Counted from the stretch's first letter, positions 1 through 10,109 are shown. The stretch is 64,000 bases of DNA from Candidatus Hydrogenedentota bacterium (GCA_963668025.2 CAXXTH010000011.1:32001-96000); one strand, 5' to 3'. Numbers and translations: made by a program. The notes: generated from the letters alone by a model not told the origin.

Positions 1-26
1 GCGCCCACGCCACATAGGGAGGTTAT

Positions 27-716
27 ATGCTCGAAGCACTCAAGCAAGCGGTATGTGAAGCGAATCTGGAGCTCGTGGCCAAGGGGCTTGTGCTGATGAC
101 CTGGGGCAACGCCAGCGGCATCGACCGGGAACGCGGCCTTGTCGTGATCAAGCCTAGCGGTGTGCCGTATGACGAGATGGCTCCCGGGCACATGGCCGTG
201 GTGGACCTGGAGGGCCGTGCGGTTGAAGGCGCGCTCAAACCCTCTGTGGACCTGCCCACCCATTTGGCGCTATACCGCGCATTTCCCGCCATCGGCGGTA
301 TCGTACATACCCACAGCCATTTCGCCACCGTTTTTGCGCAAGCCGGAAGGCCCATCCCTTGTTTCGGCACGACCCACGCCGATTATTTCTACGGCGAAGT
401 GCCCGTGTCGGATGGGCTTACCGAGGCGGAAGTGGCCGTAGACTACGAACGCCATATCGGCGAGGTGATCATCCGCCGCTTTGAAAACCTTGATCCCATG
501 CGATATCCAGGCGTCTTGGCGGCGAACCACGCGCCGTTCGCCTGGGGAGCCGCCCCCGCCAAGGCGGTCGAGAATGCGTATGTGCTCGAGGAGTTAGCCC
601 GCATGGCCCTGCATACGCTGCAACTAGCCCCCGAATGCCCGCCCATTCCCGGATATCTCCTCGACAAGCATTTTCTTCGAAAACACGGCGCAGGGGCGTA
701 TTATGGCCAGCGATGA
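27..716 (+). CDS. araD: L-ribulose-5-phosphate 4-epimerase (class II aldolase family)
   Basis: Motifs TWGNASG, IKPSGV, PSVDLPTH, HTHSHFAT, GTTHADYF and C-terminal KHFLRKHG..AYYGQ; RBS GGGAGG upstream. Confidence 0.95.
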   Translation: MLEALKQAVCEANLELVAKGLVLMTWGNASGIDRERGLVVIKPSGVPYDEMAPGHMAVVDLEGRAVEGALKPSVDLPTHLALYRAFPAIGGIVHTHSHFATVFAQAGRPIPCFGTTHADYFYGEVPVSDGLTEAEVAVDYERHIGEVIIRRFENLDPMRYPGVLAANHAPFAWGAAPAKAVENAYVLEELARMALHTLQLAPECPPIPGYLLDKHFLRKHGAGAYYGQR

Positions 717-868
717 CGTGCGGGGGAGGTCTGATGCGGCGGGAGCTTTTTCATTTGATTTTATGGGTATAGATATCCGCCTGGTTCGTGAGCATTTTCC
801 ATTGTGAGTTGGCGTATACAAGATGAGCAGGTAGTCACAAAATCTGTTTAGGCGAGTTCGGTATATTC

Positions 869-1262
869 GTGTCCCGAAGGGACACCCCATAATAGCCCAG
901 GGCCGACCGCCGCCCGAAGGGCAAGGGAGCCCCTGGGTATGGATGAATCTCTGAATATGCCCTGTAAGGGCATCCCAAAAGCGAGCCATTTCACGCTATT
1001 GATACCTGGAAGTATCTGGCGGTGGAGCTTCTTTAACGCAGAGAACGCAAAGGGCGCGGAGTTTCGCGGAGCAGACATCCCCTCCGCGAAACTCCGCGTC
1101 CTCAGCGCCTTGCGATGATCTACAACACATTGATGGCGTGAAAAGAATGACTCTTGAGATGTCCCTTCAGGGCGCATATAGGGTCTGTTTGTACCCAGGG
1201 ACTCCCTTGCCCTTCGGGCGGCAGTCGGCCCTGGGCTGTGGTGGGTTGTCCCTTTGGGACAC
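869..1262. repeat. Inverted pair of ~118-bp REP-like elements (869-989 and 1147-1262) enclosing a third palindrome
   Basis: The reverse complement of 1147-1262 aligns with 869-989: CCCAGGGCCGACCGCCGCCCGAAGGGCAAGGGAGCCCCTGGG vs CCCAGGGCCGACTGCCGCCCGAAGGGCAAGGGAGTCCCTGGG. Each copy has internal CCC-GAA-GGG hairpins. Confidence 0.85.
1035..1115. repeat. Palindromic element built from ~9-nt periodic units
   Basis: AACGCAGAG AACGCAAAG GGCGCGGAG TTTCGCGGAG followed by the inverted arm CTCCGCGAAACTCCGCG (17-bp perfect stem). Confidence 0.8.
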
Positions 1263-1429
1263 CCGCTCTCGATAAGGGGAAGGATTTTCGGCGTACTGGT
1301 TAATGTGGGAGATAAGCATATAAGTCTGTTCTCGGAGGCTTTCACCATGATTGAGCATATACAAAAGCCAACAGAGATGAACCGGCAATAGTTGTAACCG
1401 CATTCTTACCCAAGAAAGGACAGCACGAG

Positions 1430-3445
1430 ATGAAGATGCACCAATGTTTTTTTCTACTGGGAGTATTGGTTTGGGGTGGCGTTTCGGCATTCGCGGAGAC
1501 GCTCTCGTATGCTGATTTGGCCGGAAGACTCGCCGATCTCAAAGGATTGGCGGTGTTGCCCGTTCCTGGCGAGAGGTGCGCACAGGCGTCCAGTTATGAC
1601 CGGGCGAGTGTCTATAATGTGGAAAGCAAAGCTTATGAGAATTGGGACGCGAATGGAGATGGAGAAGGCATTATACGAGAAGAAGAAGGCCTTCAAGTGC
1701 TCGCCGAGATGAATGGCCCTGGCGTGATTTGGCGCATATGGTCGGCCGCGCCAGAAGGCGGCAAACTCGTATTCATCCTGGATGGCAAGCGGGAGCCGAT
1801 GCTGAATCTGCCGTTTGTCCAGTTTTTTGACGCCAAAACGCCGCCGTTTGATTTTCCAGAGCTGAGTTTTCGCGTCGCGGGGGACGGAGCCAATTGTTAT
1901 GTGCCCATTCCGTTCAATCATTCCTGCAAAGTGCTCGCGGAACCGGGATGGGGGAAGTATTACCATTTCACCTATAGCCAATTCCCGGAAGGAACGCAAT
2001 TGCCTGCCGTTAGTGAGATGAATTCTCCGGTATCACGCACGGCTTTGCAGCAAGCGAATGATGCATTCGCACAACGCGGCAAGGTTTTCCCCGAGCCAAG
2101 CATCCGCAAAACAACATGCCTTTCCAAGGGCCAGTCGAACGACGTTGCGCAGCTTGAGGGTGCGGGCGCTATTACGTGTTTGCGCGCACGGATTCACGGC
2201 TTGCCCGAGGACCAGCTCGAACAGCGGCGGCTGTTGCGCGCGCTGACGGTTGCGATGTATTGGGATGGTGATAAATCGCCTTCCGTGTGGGCGCCTTTCG
2301 GCGATTTCTTTGGCACTTCGGCGGGTGCAAATGCGTATGCCAGTTATCCCATGGGACTCACGGAGGACGGCTGGTGGTATTCGTGCTGGTACATGCCGTA
2401 TGCGGATGGCGCGCGTGTGGCATGTACAAATGACGCGGATCAGTCAGTAAAGATCGATTGGGAAATCACGTCGGAACCGTTCGAGCGGACACCGCCGGAG
2501 CTGGGACGCTTCCACGCGAAGTGGCATCGCGATGCCTTGTTGCCTCAAGACCCCGCACGGGCGATTGACTGGACGTTGCTGTCTACGGAAGGCCGGGGGC
2601 GCTATGTGGGAACCATGCTGTATGTGTATAATCCCAAAGGCTCCTGGTGGGGGGAAGGCGACGAGAAGTTTTTCGTGGATGGCGAAACATTTCCCTCGAC
2701 GTTTGGCACGGGTTCGGAAGATTACTTTGGTTACGCCTGGTGCAATCCAGCATTATTTAGCCGGGCGGTGATCAATCAAACGATCTCCGGTGGCAACATC
2801 GGGCATATCTCCGTGAACCGCTGGCATATCGCCGATAATATCCCCTTTCAGACGCGGTTTGATGGATATATCGAAAAGTATTTCCCGAATGACCGCCCCA
2901 CCCAGTACGCCGCCATGGCCTATTGGTATCTGGAAGCGGGCAAGGCCGATGCCTATTCCCCGGTTCCTGTTGAGAAGCGTATCGAGTTTATGGATTGGGA
3001 ATCTGGCGATTTTCACGTGAAGGGCGCGATCGAGGGAGAAGAGATGAAGGTGCTCTCTGTCTCCAATACTTCCATACAGGAAATGTCGACCTATGGCGCG
3101 CAATGGTCTTCTCTTCAGCAACTATTTATAACCGATGAACAAGGCGCTGTAGTTGAGCTGGAATTCCCGGTGAAGGAATCGGGATTGTACGAGGTGCGTG
3201 CTGCTTTCACTACTTCGTATGATTATGGCATTGTGCAAGCGCTGCTCGACGGCGAACCTATCGGGAAGCCATTCGATGGATACAGTCCCAACGTCGCGCA
3301 TTCCGGAGAACTCAGCCTGGGCGCGCGACAATTGGAAAAAGGCGGGCATGTGCTGTCGCTCAAGATGCTGGACAAGAATGAGCAATCCAGCGATTATTAT
3401 GCGGGCCTGGATTACCTGAAGCTGAATAAAGCCTCAAAGAAATGA
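1430..3445 (+). CDS. Secreted DUF2961 / glycoside hydrolase family 172 protein with a C-terminal CBM-like beta-sandwich
   Basis: Signal peptide; GPGVIWRIW, WWGEGDEKFFVDGE and GTGSEDYFG motifs. Confidence 0.85.
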   Translation: MKMHQCFFLLGVLVWGGVSAFAETLSYADLAGRLADLKGLAVLPVPGERCAQASSYDRASVYNVESKAYENWDANGDGEGIIREEEGLQVLAEMNGPGVIWRIWSAAPEGGKLVFILDGKREPMLNLPFVQFFDAKTPPFDFPELSFRVAGDGANCYVPIPFNHSCKVLAEPGWGKYYHFTYSQFPEGTQLPAVSEMNSPVSRTALQQANDAFAQRGKVFPEPSIRKTTCLSKGQSNDVAQLEGAGAITCLRARIHGLPEDQLEQRRLLRALTVAMYWDGDKSPSVWAPFGDFFGTSAGANAYASYPMGLTEDGWWYSCWYMPYADGARVACTNDADQSVKIDWEITSEPFERTPPELGRFHAKWHRDALLPQDPARAIDWTLLSTEGRGRYVGTMLYVYNPKGSWWGEGDEKFFVDGETFPSTFGTGSEDYFGYAWCNPALFSRAVINQTISGGNIGHISVNRWHIADNIPFQTRFDGYIEKYFPNDRPTQYAAMAYWYLEAGKADAYSPVPVEKRIEFMDWESGDFHVKGAIEGEEMKVLSVSNTSIQEMSTYGAQWSSLQQLFITDEQGAVVELEFPVKESGLYEVRAAFTTSYDYGIVQALLDGEPIGKPFDGYSPNVAHSGELSLGARQLEKGGHVLSLKMLDKNEQSSDYYAGLDYLKLNKASKK

Positions 3446-3604
3446 TGGAGCATTCTATCCATCTGATACAACAGCATTTGGACGGCTTCTAAACCGCGTG
3501 GGTTAGCCCTCTTCTATTGGGGACTCCCGTAGAAGCAGCGGCTGTTATCCTTGTGTTGAAAAGTTGTTGTATATGCAAAGCCTATAAATGAAGGGAGCAG
3601 AACC

Positions 3605-5629
3605 ATGCGTGAAAACCGTGCCGAAGAGGTCATGAGACTTTTGCGAGTTACAGCCGTGTGGTTGGCGTTGAGTACTTGGGTTCTAGGCGTGGCCTCCGCC
3701 CAGGAATCCAGCCAGGAGACAGGGCCTATGTTGGAAAAATTTCTCTCTTCATCTATTTCGGTTTCCGGGCGTCCGTGCGGTAGTTTTGTGTACGATGGCC
3801 AGCCTTCTTCGCAATTCCTGGGCCAGTGGCACCGGGAAGAAAAGAAAATGAACAACCCGCAAGGCTCTGAAGAGCTCCAAATCACCTGGCATGAACCGGG
3901 GGGTGGGTTGGCGGCCACCTGGACCTCGAAAACCATCATCGAACAGGGCGCCGTGGAGTTTGGCTGGTCTTTCGCGAACGAGGGGCGGCAGCCGACCCGC
4001 ATTCTTTCCGATGTGCTGAGCCTGGATTGGGATGTCGTCAATGGCGTTCTGTTGAGCTATAGCTCCGGCGGCGGCCCAGGCGATTTCAATGGCGACGATT
4101 TGGGGCTCGAGTTGTCGCAAGTGACCTTGGCCGACTACTCGCTGGGGAATCGTATGACGCTGGGGAGTTTGAACGGCCGCTCATCCACGCAATTTCTCCC
4201 CTTTTTCACGCTTTCCGCTCCCGATCAATCCGGCGGCGTATTCGTGGGCATTGGCTGGACGGGGGAATGGCGGGCTAACTTCGAGATTCAGCGCGCCCAG
4301 AAAACCGTGCGCATGACCGCCCAAATGCCGGGCATTCATCTGATACTGGAGCCGGGAGAGAAAATCACCACTCCCACTATCTTGCTTGGAAGCTACCAGG
4401 GCGGCCCGGCCGCCGGGGCCCGCGCGCTGCGCCGGACCTTGTATGAGCGCTATATGCCCCGCTTGGGATCCGAGCGTCCCGAGCCGCCGGTTTCCTGGAA
4501 TTCCTGGTTTCAATTTGGCAATGGCATCACCGAGGAGTTGCTGCGCCCGCAGATCGATATCGCGGCGACGCTGGGAATCGAGTATTTTTGCATCGACGGC
4601 GGATGGTACGAGGGCGATTTCCCGGAGGGCGTCGGCAATTGGATCGCGGACCCTAAAAAATTTCCGGACGGATTCGGCTCATTGGGGCGATATGTGGCTT
4701 CCAAAGGCATGAAAATGGGCCTATGGTTCGAACCGGAACGCGTCGCGACCGGTACGCGCCTGCTCCGTGAACACCCCGAGTGGGTCCACGGAAATCTGCT
4801 GGACCTGGGCAACAAAGACGCCCGCGAATGGGCGTTTCAAATGATGAGCCGCTTCATCAAGGAAGGGCAGGTGGGATGGATACGCTTTGATTTCAACATC
4901 GATCCCCTCGTCACGTGGGAACAGATGGACACCGGGAATCGCCGCGGGATGGCCCAGATCGCCCACATCGAAGGGGTCTATGAACTCGAGGACCGCTTGC
5001 GCGCGGCGTTTCCGGAACTGCTCATCGAGAACTGCGCCAGCGGCGGGCGGCGCATGGATCTGGAGATCATCAAGCGTTCGCACACCTATTGGAAGAGTGA
5101 TCAGACATACCTCCTGCCCGTCATGACGTTTCATGAGACGGGCGGGAATTGTTTCTTGCCGGGCGTTCTGTTGAACGCCAACCTGCTCGGAATCGAGCAC
5201 GCGCCTTTCGATATACACAGCCTTTTTGGTGGGCCCTTGGGTTTTGGGGTCGATTGGGTGAAGCTATCCGAGCCGCTTCGGGAGCAAACACGCCAGCAGA
5301 TCGCCCTTTATAAACAAGTGCGGCGTCTGTTGAACGAGGATTACTATCCTCTTTTCCCTCAAGCCCGCAATCAGGCCGGCTGGACGGGCTGGCAGTTCCA
5401 CGATCCGGAGGCCGACGAGGGATTCGTGGTCTTGCTGCGTCCGGCCGAGTCGGCCTATGAAAAGGCATCCATTCGCCTGCACGGCGTGCGGGATGAAAGG
5501 AGTTATCGTCTGACAGAAACCGCCACGGACAGTTCTAGCGTGATGACGGGCCAGGCGCTCAAGGCTGGCTGGCCGCTCGACTTGCAGCCTGCCGCTTCGC
5601 AGGTGATTCGGTACGCCCCGGCGCCTTAG
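3605..5629 (+). CDS. Alpha-galactosidase, GH36, secreted
   Basis: WNSW, CIDGGWY, GLWFEPE, IRFDFN and ENCASGGRRMD motifs; N-terminal signal peptide (alternative start at 3632). Confidence 0.9.
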   Translation: MRENRAEEVMRLLRVTAVWLALSTWVLGVASAQESSQETGPMLEKFLSSSISVSGRPCGSFVYDGQPSSQFLGQWHREEKKMNNPQGSEELQITWHEPGGGLAATWTSKTIIEQGAVEFGWSFANEGRQPTRILSDVLSLDWDVVNGVLLSYSSGGGPGDFNGDDLGLELSQVTLADYSLGNRMTLGSLNGRSSTQFLPFFTLSAPDQSGGVFVGIGWTGEWRANFEIQRAQKTVRMTAQMPGIHLILEPGEKITTPTILLGSYQGGPAAGARALRRTLYERYMPRLGSERPEPPVSWNSWFQFGNGITEELLRPQIDIAATLGIEYFCIDGGWYEGDFPEGVGNWIADPKKFPDGFGSLGRYVASKGMKMGLWFEPERVATGTRLLREHPEWVHGNLLDLGNKDAREWAFQMMSRFIKEGQVGWIRFDFNIDPLVTWEQMDTGNRRGMAQIAHIEGVYELEDRLRAAFPELLIENCASGGRRMDLEIIKRSHTYWKSDQTYLLPVMTFHETGGNCFLPGVLLNANLLGIEHAPFDIHSLFGGPLGFGVDWVKLSEPLREQTRQQIALYKQVRRLLNEDYYPLFPQARNQAGWTGWQFHDPEADEGFVVLLRPAESAYEKASIRLHGVRDERSYRLTETATDSSSVMTGQALKAGWPLDLQPAASQVIRYAPAP

Positions 5630-5666
5630 CCGGAGCAACGCCGCCTTTGGGTAGGGAACTTTTCGC

Positions 5667-6329
5667 ATGCCGCGGGAGATAGCATTCATCATGCGGAAGA
5701 AATGGATGATTATGGGAATAGCGGTGGTATGCGCAAGCGCCGCCGCCATCCTTTTGTCGGCTTGGGTGGTGCAGCGCGCCGCGCAGGGCCGGACCTTTTC
5801 GGATATCAACACCATGCCCTGCCAGCGGGTGGGATTGGTGCTGGGCTGTTCCAAGCAATTGCCTGATGGCCGATACAACCTGTTTTACCGGTATCGCATC
5901 GCCGCCGCTGCAGAACTATACCACGCCGGGAAAGTGAGTTATCTGATTGTGAGCGGTGACAATCATAGCAAGGATTACGACGAATCCAGCGCCATGAAAG
6001 ACAGTCTCATCGAAGCGGGGGTGCCTTCGGAACGGATCTATTGCGACTATGCGGGATTCCGCACCTTCGATTCAGTCGTCCGGGCCAAAGCGATCTTCGG
6101 CCAGGAGAGCCTGGCGATCATCTCCCAGAAATTCCAAAACCAGCGCGCCATCTTCATCGCCAGGCACTCCGGCATAGACGCCATCGGCTTCAACGCCCAG
6201 GAAGTCGCCATGTACTACAGCTTCAAAACCCGGTGCCGCGAACTATTCGCCCGCGTCAAGACGGTCCTGGATGTGTACGTGCTCCATGCCCGGCCTAAGT
6301 TTTTAGGGCCGCCTGTTTCCATTGAGTAA
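5667..6329 (+). CDS. sanA: SanA/YdcF (DUF218) envelope protein
   Basis: N-terminal TM; GLVLG, LIVSGDN, DYAGFRTFDSVVRAK, ISQKFQNQRAIF and PKFLG motifs; the start may be 5691. Confidence 0.88.
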   Translation: MPREIAFIMRKKWMIMGIAVVCASAAAILLSAWVVQRAAQGRTFSDINTMPCQRVGLVLGCSKQLPDGRYNLFYRYRIAAAAELYHAGKVSYLIVSGDNHSKDYDESSAMKDSLIEAGVPSERIYCDYAGFRTFDSVVRAKAIFGQESLAIISQKFQNQRAIFIARHSGIDAIGFNAQEVAMYYSFKTRCRELFARVKTVLDVYVLHARPKFLGPPVSIE

Positions 6330-6559
6330 ACGCCGTATGCTCCGTGCTGTTTATTGCTTGCCGCAGCTTTCTCGAACGCAGCCAAGAGTTTTTCACCAGG
6401 CGGAGATAGGCAAGCGTACTCTTCTGATCTGTTGCATGCAGCACCGAGCTTCAGTCACACCAGCGACGCGCTATTTTCCTGGGTCTTTTGAATCCAAGCT
6501 TTCCCCTCTGTTACTCTGTGAATGGGATTATTTAGCAAAAGATCCATACAGGAGGCTAT

Positions 6560-8068
6560 ATGGCTGAGCGAGTTGAGATTTTTGACACCACCCTGCGCGA
6601 TGGCGAGCAGTCGCCCGGCGCGAGCATGAATGTCGCCGAGAAACTCGAAATGGCGGCGCAGCTCGAACGGCTGGGCGTGGATATTATGGAAGCGGGTTTT
6701 CCCATTGCCTCCGAGCAGGAATTCGAATGCGTCCGCAAGGTGGCGTCCATGATGACGAACAGCCGCGTGGCCGCGCTGGCCCGCACGGTCACGGCTGACA
6801 TCGAACGCGCCGCTAAAGCCTTGGAGCCCGCCAAGCGCCCCGTGCTGCATACCTTCATCGCCACGTCGGACATCCACCTCGAGCACAAGCTCCGCATGAC
6901 CCGCGAGCAGGTGCTTGAACGTACCGACCAAGCGGTGCGCCTCGCCAAGAGCCTTACGGAACGCGTCGAGTTTTCCGCTGAAGACGCCACCCGGAGCGAT
7001 TTGGCGTATTTGGCGGAAGTGGCCAAGGCCGCCATCGACGCGGGAGCCGATGTCATCAATCTGCCTGATACGGTGGGCTACACCACGCCGCACGAGATCG
7101 AGGAAATGTTCCGGTTCGTCATTCAGCATTGTGGCGCGCCGAAGCATGTCGTGTTTTCCAGCCACAATCATAATGACTTGGGCCTTGCCGTGGCCAACGC
7201 GCTCGCGGCGGTCTTGGGCGGCGCACGGCAGATTGAATGCACCGTGAACGGCATTGGCGAACGCGCCGGGAATACCTCGCTGGAAGAGGCCGTCATGGCC
7301 ATGAAAGTCCGCAACCAGGTATTCCCGTTCGAGACAGGTATTGTAACCGAGGAAATAGTCAACGCCAGCCAGATGCTCTGTAATCTGACGGGCCTGGTGG
7401 TGCCGTATAACAAGCCCATCGTGGGGCGCAACGCCTTCGCCCATGAAGCCGGCATCCACCAGCATGGCGTTATCGCCAGCCGCATTACGTATGAAATCAT
7501 GACGCCGGAATCAGTGGGCTGCATCCGCAGCGAGCTCGTACTCGGCAAACACTCCGGCAAACACGGCCTGAGCAAGCGATGCGAAGATTTGGGATATAAG
7601 CTGTCGCCCGACGAGCTTTCTCAGTTATACGACAAATTCATCCAGCTTGCGGACCGGAAGAAGGAAGTGTTCGAGGATGATTTGCGCGTTCTGATCACAA
7701 GTATCCGGGACGAGAGCTTCGTCACGTACAGCCTGGAGCAGGTCCGCACATCCGGCTACGACCCCACCATGGCGCTGGTGAAGCTCTTGAAGGGCGAAAC
7801 GCCTATTGTCGAAACCAGCATCGGCGACGGCCCCGTGGACGCGGCTTGCCAGGCGATCGAACATGCCGTGGGCGTTTCCGGTAAACTCGAGCAATTCAAT
7901 ATCCGCGCAGTCACATCCGGCAAAGACGCCCTTGGCGAAGCCCATGTCAGCGTGCGCTTTGATGAACGGCTATTCAACGGCTCCGGGGCCAGCACGGATA
8001 TCATCGAGGCGGCCGTCCGCGCATACCTCAATGCGGTCAACAAATACCTTGCGCTAAAAGCGGGATGA
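6560..8068 (+). CDS. leuA: 2-isopropylmalate synthase
   Basis: IFDTTLRDGEQSPG, HNHNDLGLA, NGIGERAGN, HEAGIHQHG and LGKHSG motifs; C-terminal regulatory domain GDGPVDA. Confidence 0.95.
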   Translation: MAERVEIFDTTLRDGEQSPGASMNVAEKLEMAAQLERLGVDIMEAGFPIASEQEFECVRKVASMMTNSRVAALARTVTADIERAAKALEPAKRPVLHTFIATSDIHLEHKLRMTREQVLERTDQAVRLAKSLTERVEFSAEDATRSDLAYLAEVAKAAIDAGADVINLPDTVGYTTPHEIEEMFRFVIQHCGAPKHVVFSSHNHNDLGLAVANALAAVLGGARQIECTVNGIGERAGNTSLEEAVMAMKVRNQVFPFETGIVTEEIVNASQMLCNLTGLVVPYNKPIVGRNAFAHEAGIHQHGVIASRITYEIMTPESVGCIRSELVLGKHSGKHGLSKRCEDLGYKLSPDELSQLYDKFIQLADRKKEVFEDDLRVLITSIRDESFVTYSLEQVRTSGYDPTMALVKLLKGETPIVETSIGDGPVDAACQAIEHAVGVSGKLEQFNIRAVTSGKDALGEAHVSVRFDERLFNGSGASTDIIEAAVRAYLNAVNKYLALKAG

Positions 8069-8143
8069 GGCCGGGGCGTATATTGATAAGGTCATCGAAG
8101 ATGCCTCATCCCTTGTGAATGTTTATGTAATGGAGGGCGATAC

Positions 8144-8641
8144 ATGACGAATAGCAATCAGAAAGAGCAATTCAGTGTCGCCTATACTCGTGCCGTTATT
8201 GCAACAGCGGGATTCAAGGTATACCGGGAAGATGTGGATGATGACAGTGTGGATATTGGTGTCGCGCGTAGGGGAGGAAATGGAACTGTCCGCTCACCAC
8301 ACTGTGACATTCAATTGAAATGCACATCCCAGCATGTATTAAAAGAAACTGACATTCACTTTCCGTTGCCTTTGAAAAACTACGATGACCTTCGCGCCAC
8401 GGACTTGCATGTGCCGCGTATTCTTGTGATTATGCTTGTACCAGAGCCCGTGTCAGAATGGCTAGAGCAAGATGAAACAGCTTTACGGTTGCATCGTTGC
8501 GCCTACTGGCGGTCGCTTCGCGGTGAACCTGAAACAAATAACAGTACTTCAGTCACCATTTCTGTCCCTTGTGGTAACATATTTGGTGTGGCTGCACTTG
8601 AAGATATCATGAACCGCATCGGACAGGGAGATCAGCCATGA
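8144..8641 (+). CDS. DUF4365 family protein (PD-(D/E)XK restriction-endonuclease-like fold)
   Basis: KEQFS.AY..A, DDDSVD...IQLKCT, KNYDDLR, PRILV and CAYW.SL motifs. Confidence 0.8.
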   Translation: MTNSNQKEQFSVAYTRAVIATAGFKVYREDVDDDSVDIGVARRGGNGTVRSPHCDIQLKCTSQHVLKETDIHFPLPLKNYDDLRATDLHVPRILVIMLVPEPVSEWLEQDETALRLHRCAYWRSLRGEPETNNSTSVTISVPCGNIFGVAALEDIMNRIGQGDQP

Positions 8642-9792
8642 AAGCAACAATACACGATCTGGATGCAATTCATAATGTCCGTCCTTTAGATGTTACGGCC
8701 TATTTGCGGCAGAAAGAATGGACTGAACAATCACGTGATGGAAACCGGGTTATCTGGACTCATGAGGATTTTGAGTTGCTTGTTCCACTAAACAGCAACT
8801 ATAGGGACTATGCTGTACGAATGGCGGAACTGCTTCAGACGTTGTCGGTAGCCGAAGATCGTTCGCAGTTGGAGGTATTTGAGGATCTTACAATGTCAGG
8901 TGTTGATGTCGTTCGATTGCGCCTGATAGACGCCGAGGTGGAGGCGGGCAGCCTTCCTCTGGAAGAAGCTGCGCTCATGGGAGGCAGAGCTAAAGAACTT
9001 ATGTCCGCGGCAGCTTGTTCGGTGAAGTCCCTAAAATCGGTGTATGGTCCAAGGCGTTCCGAAGAGGCTAACGAATATGTACGTAGCGTAAGGATGGGCC
9101 AAACCGAACATGGTAGTTTTGTACTAAAGCTTCTTTCGCCGGTGCCACCTCGCTTGATGCAAGAAAGGCTCGCTAATACCCAAATGGAACTGGAAGGAGT
9201 GCCAAGTGTGCCAACTGAAGAGCCTTTTGCACGCAAAGTCACCCTACAACTTGCAAAGGCTATTCATGCAATGCACGATGCGGCCCTTAGCGCCGCAGGC
9301 AGTGGCAGTATCGAAGCCTTCGAAAAGGCCGTTTCTTCGGGTGTTAGTGCAAACCTATGTGATGCCATCACGGGGCTTGCATCACCAATGGATTTAGGGC
9401 GAAAACTGGAGATTTCGATTTCGTGGGCGCTTAGTCGGCCGTTGCTTGAGCCGGTTGCAGCGCAGGTTATGTTCGCTCCAGATACATTTCCCATAATAGC
9501 GGAAGCCGCTCGGGTGTTCCGGGAATCTGCGCCTCGTGAAGAGTTTGAGGTGTATGGCCCTGTCGTCCGGCTTGAGCGAACTGAAGGAGCAGAGGAAGGC
9601 CAGGTTACTGTGCATGCATTTGTCGAGGAACGCCCCATGAAAATTACGATCGTGCTCGATAGCAACGAATATGGGAAGGCTGTTGACGCCCATGGATCTC
9701 AGAAAGTCATTCGTTGCTCAGGCACACTTATCAAGGACGGAAAGAGTTACAAGCTCCGTAATCCTTCGGCGGTAGAAGTGGATGAAGAATAG
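8638..9792 (+). CDS. Hypothetical 384-aa protein translationally coupled to DUF4365; probable C-terminal OB-fold
   Basis: ATGA overlap with the upstream stop; GQTE.GSF motif; beta-rich C-terminus GPVVRL...IRCSGTL. Confidence 0.7.
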   Translation: MKATIHDLDAIHNVRPLDVTAYLRQKEWTEQSRDGNRVIWTHEDFELLVPLNSNYRDYAVRMAELLQTLSVAEDRSQLEVFEDLTMSGVDVVRLRLIDAEVEAGSLPLEEAALMGGRAKELMSAAACSVKSLKSVYGPRRSEEANEYVRSVRMGQTEHGSFVLKLLSPVPPRLMQERLANTQMELEGVPSVPTEEPFARKVTLQLAKAIHAMHDAALSAAGSGSIEAFEKAVSSGVSANLCDAITGLASPMDLGRKLEISISWALSRPLLEPVAAQVMFAPDTFPIIAEAARVFRESAPREEFEVYGPVVRLERTEGAEEGQVTVHAFVEERPMKITIVLDSNEYGKAVDAHGSQKVIRCSGTLIKDGKSYKLRNPSAVEVDEE

Positions 9793-9933
9793 TAGCTGTA
9801 ATGGCTCTCTCCAGAGCAGAAAGATCCAGGATCTCGAATTTTTGTAAGAAAATGCATAGGATATCCGGCCAAGATAGAAAATAAATGGCGGCTTCACATA
9901 CTTACAGAGTACTTAACTCTTAGGTTGAAAGAC

Positions 9934-9973
9934 AAAGCCCAACAGGCACGCATCGCATAACCTGTTGGGCTTT
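9934..9973. terminator. Hairpin terminator between the tRNA and the convergent DUF4365 operon
   Basis: AAAGCCCAACAGG ... CCTGTTGGGCTTT, 13-bp perfect stem. Confidence 0.7.
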
Positions 9974-9985
9974 AAGTGTTTACAT

Positions 9986-10061
9986 TGGTGGAGCTGAGGG
10001 GGATCGAACCCCTGGCCTCTGCATTGCGAACGCAGCGCTCTCCCAGCTGAGCTACAGCCCC
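9986..10061 (-). tRNA. tRNA-Ala, anticodon CGC
   Basis: Minus strand reads GGGGCTGTAGCTCAGCTGGGAGAGCGCTGCGTTCGCAATGCAGAGGCCAGGGGTTCGATCCCCCTCAGCTCCACCA: 76 nt, G3:U70 pair, TTCGA T-loop, encoded CCA. Confidence 0.97.
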
Positions 10062-10109
10062 ATCGGATTGTCTTTAGCGCTCGCGGCGTATTTCGTCGCG
10101 AGCGCTAAG

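Noticed and set aside
848-1490. Minus-strand ORFs across the repeat region
   Set aside because: They are translations of palindromic repeats with no protein-like features.
6322-6559. Leucine attenuator or leader peptide before leuA
   Set aside because: No short Leu-rich ORF or terminator/antiterminator pair could be identified.
8069-9985. Integrated element with attL/attR at tRNA-Ala
   Set aside because: No duplicated tRNA 3' end and no integrase seen; only position and composition are suggestive.
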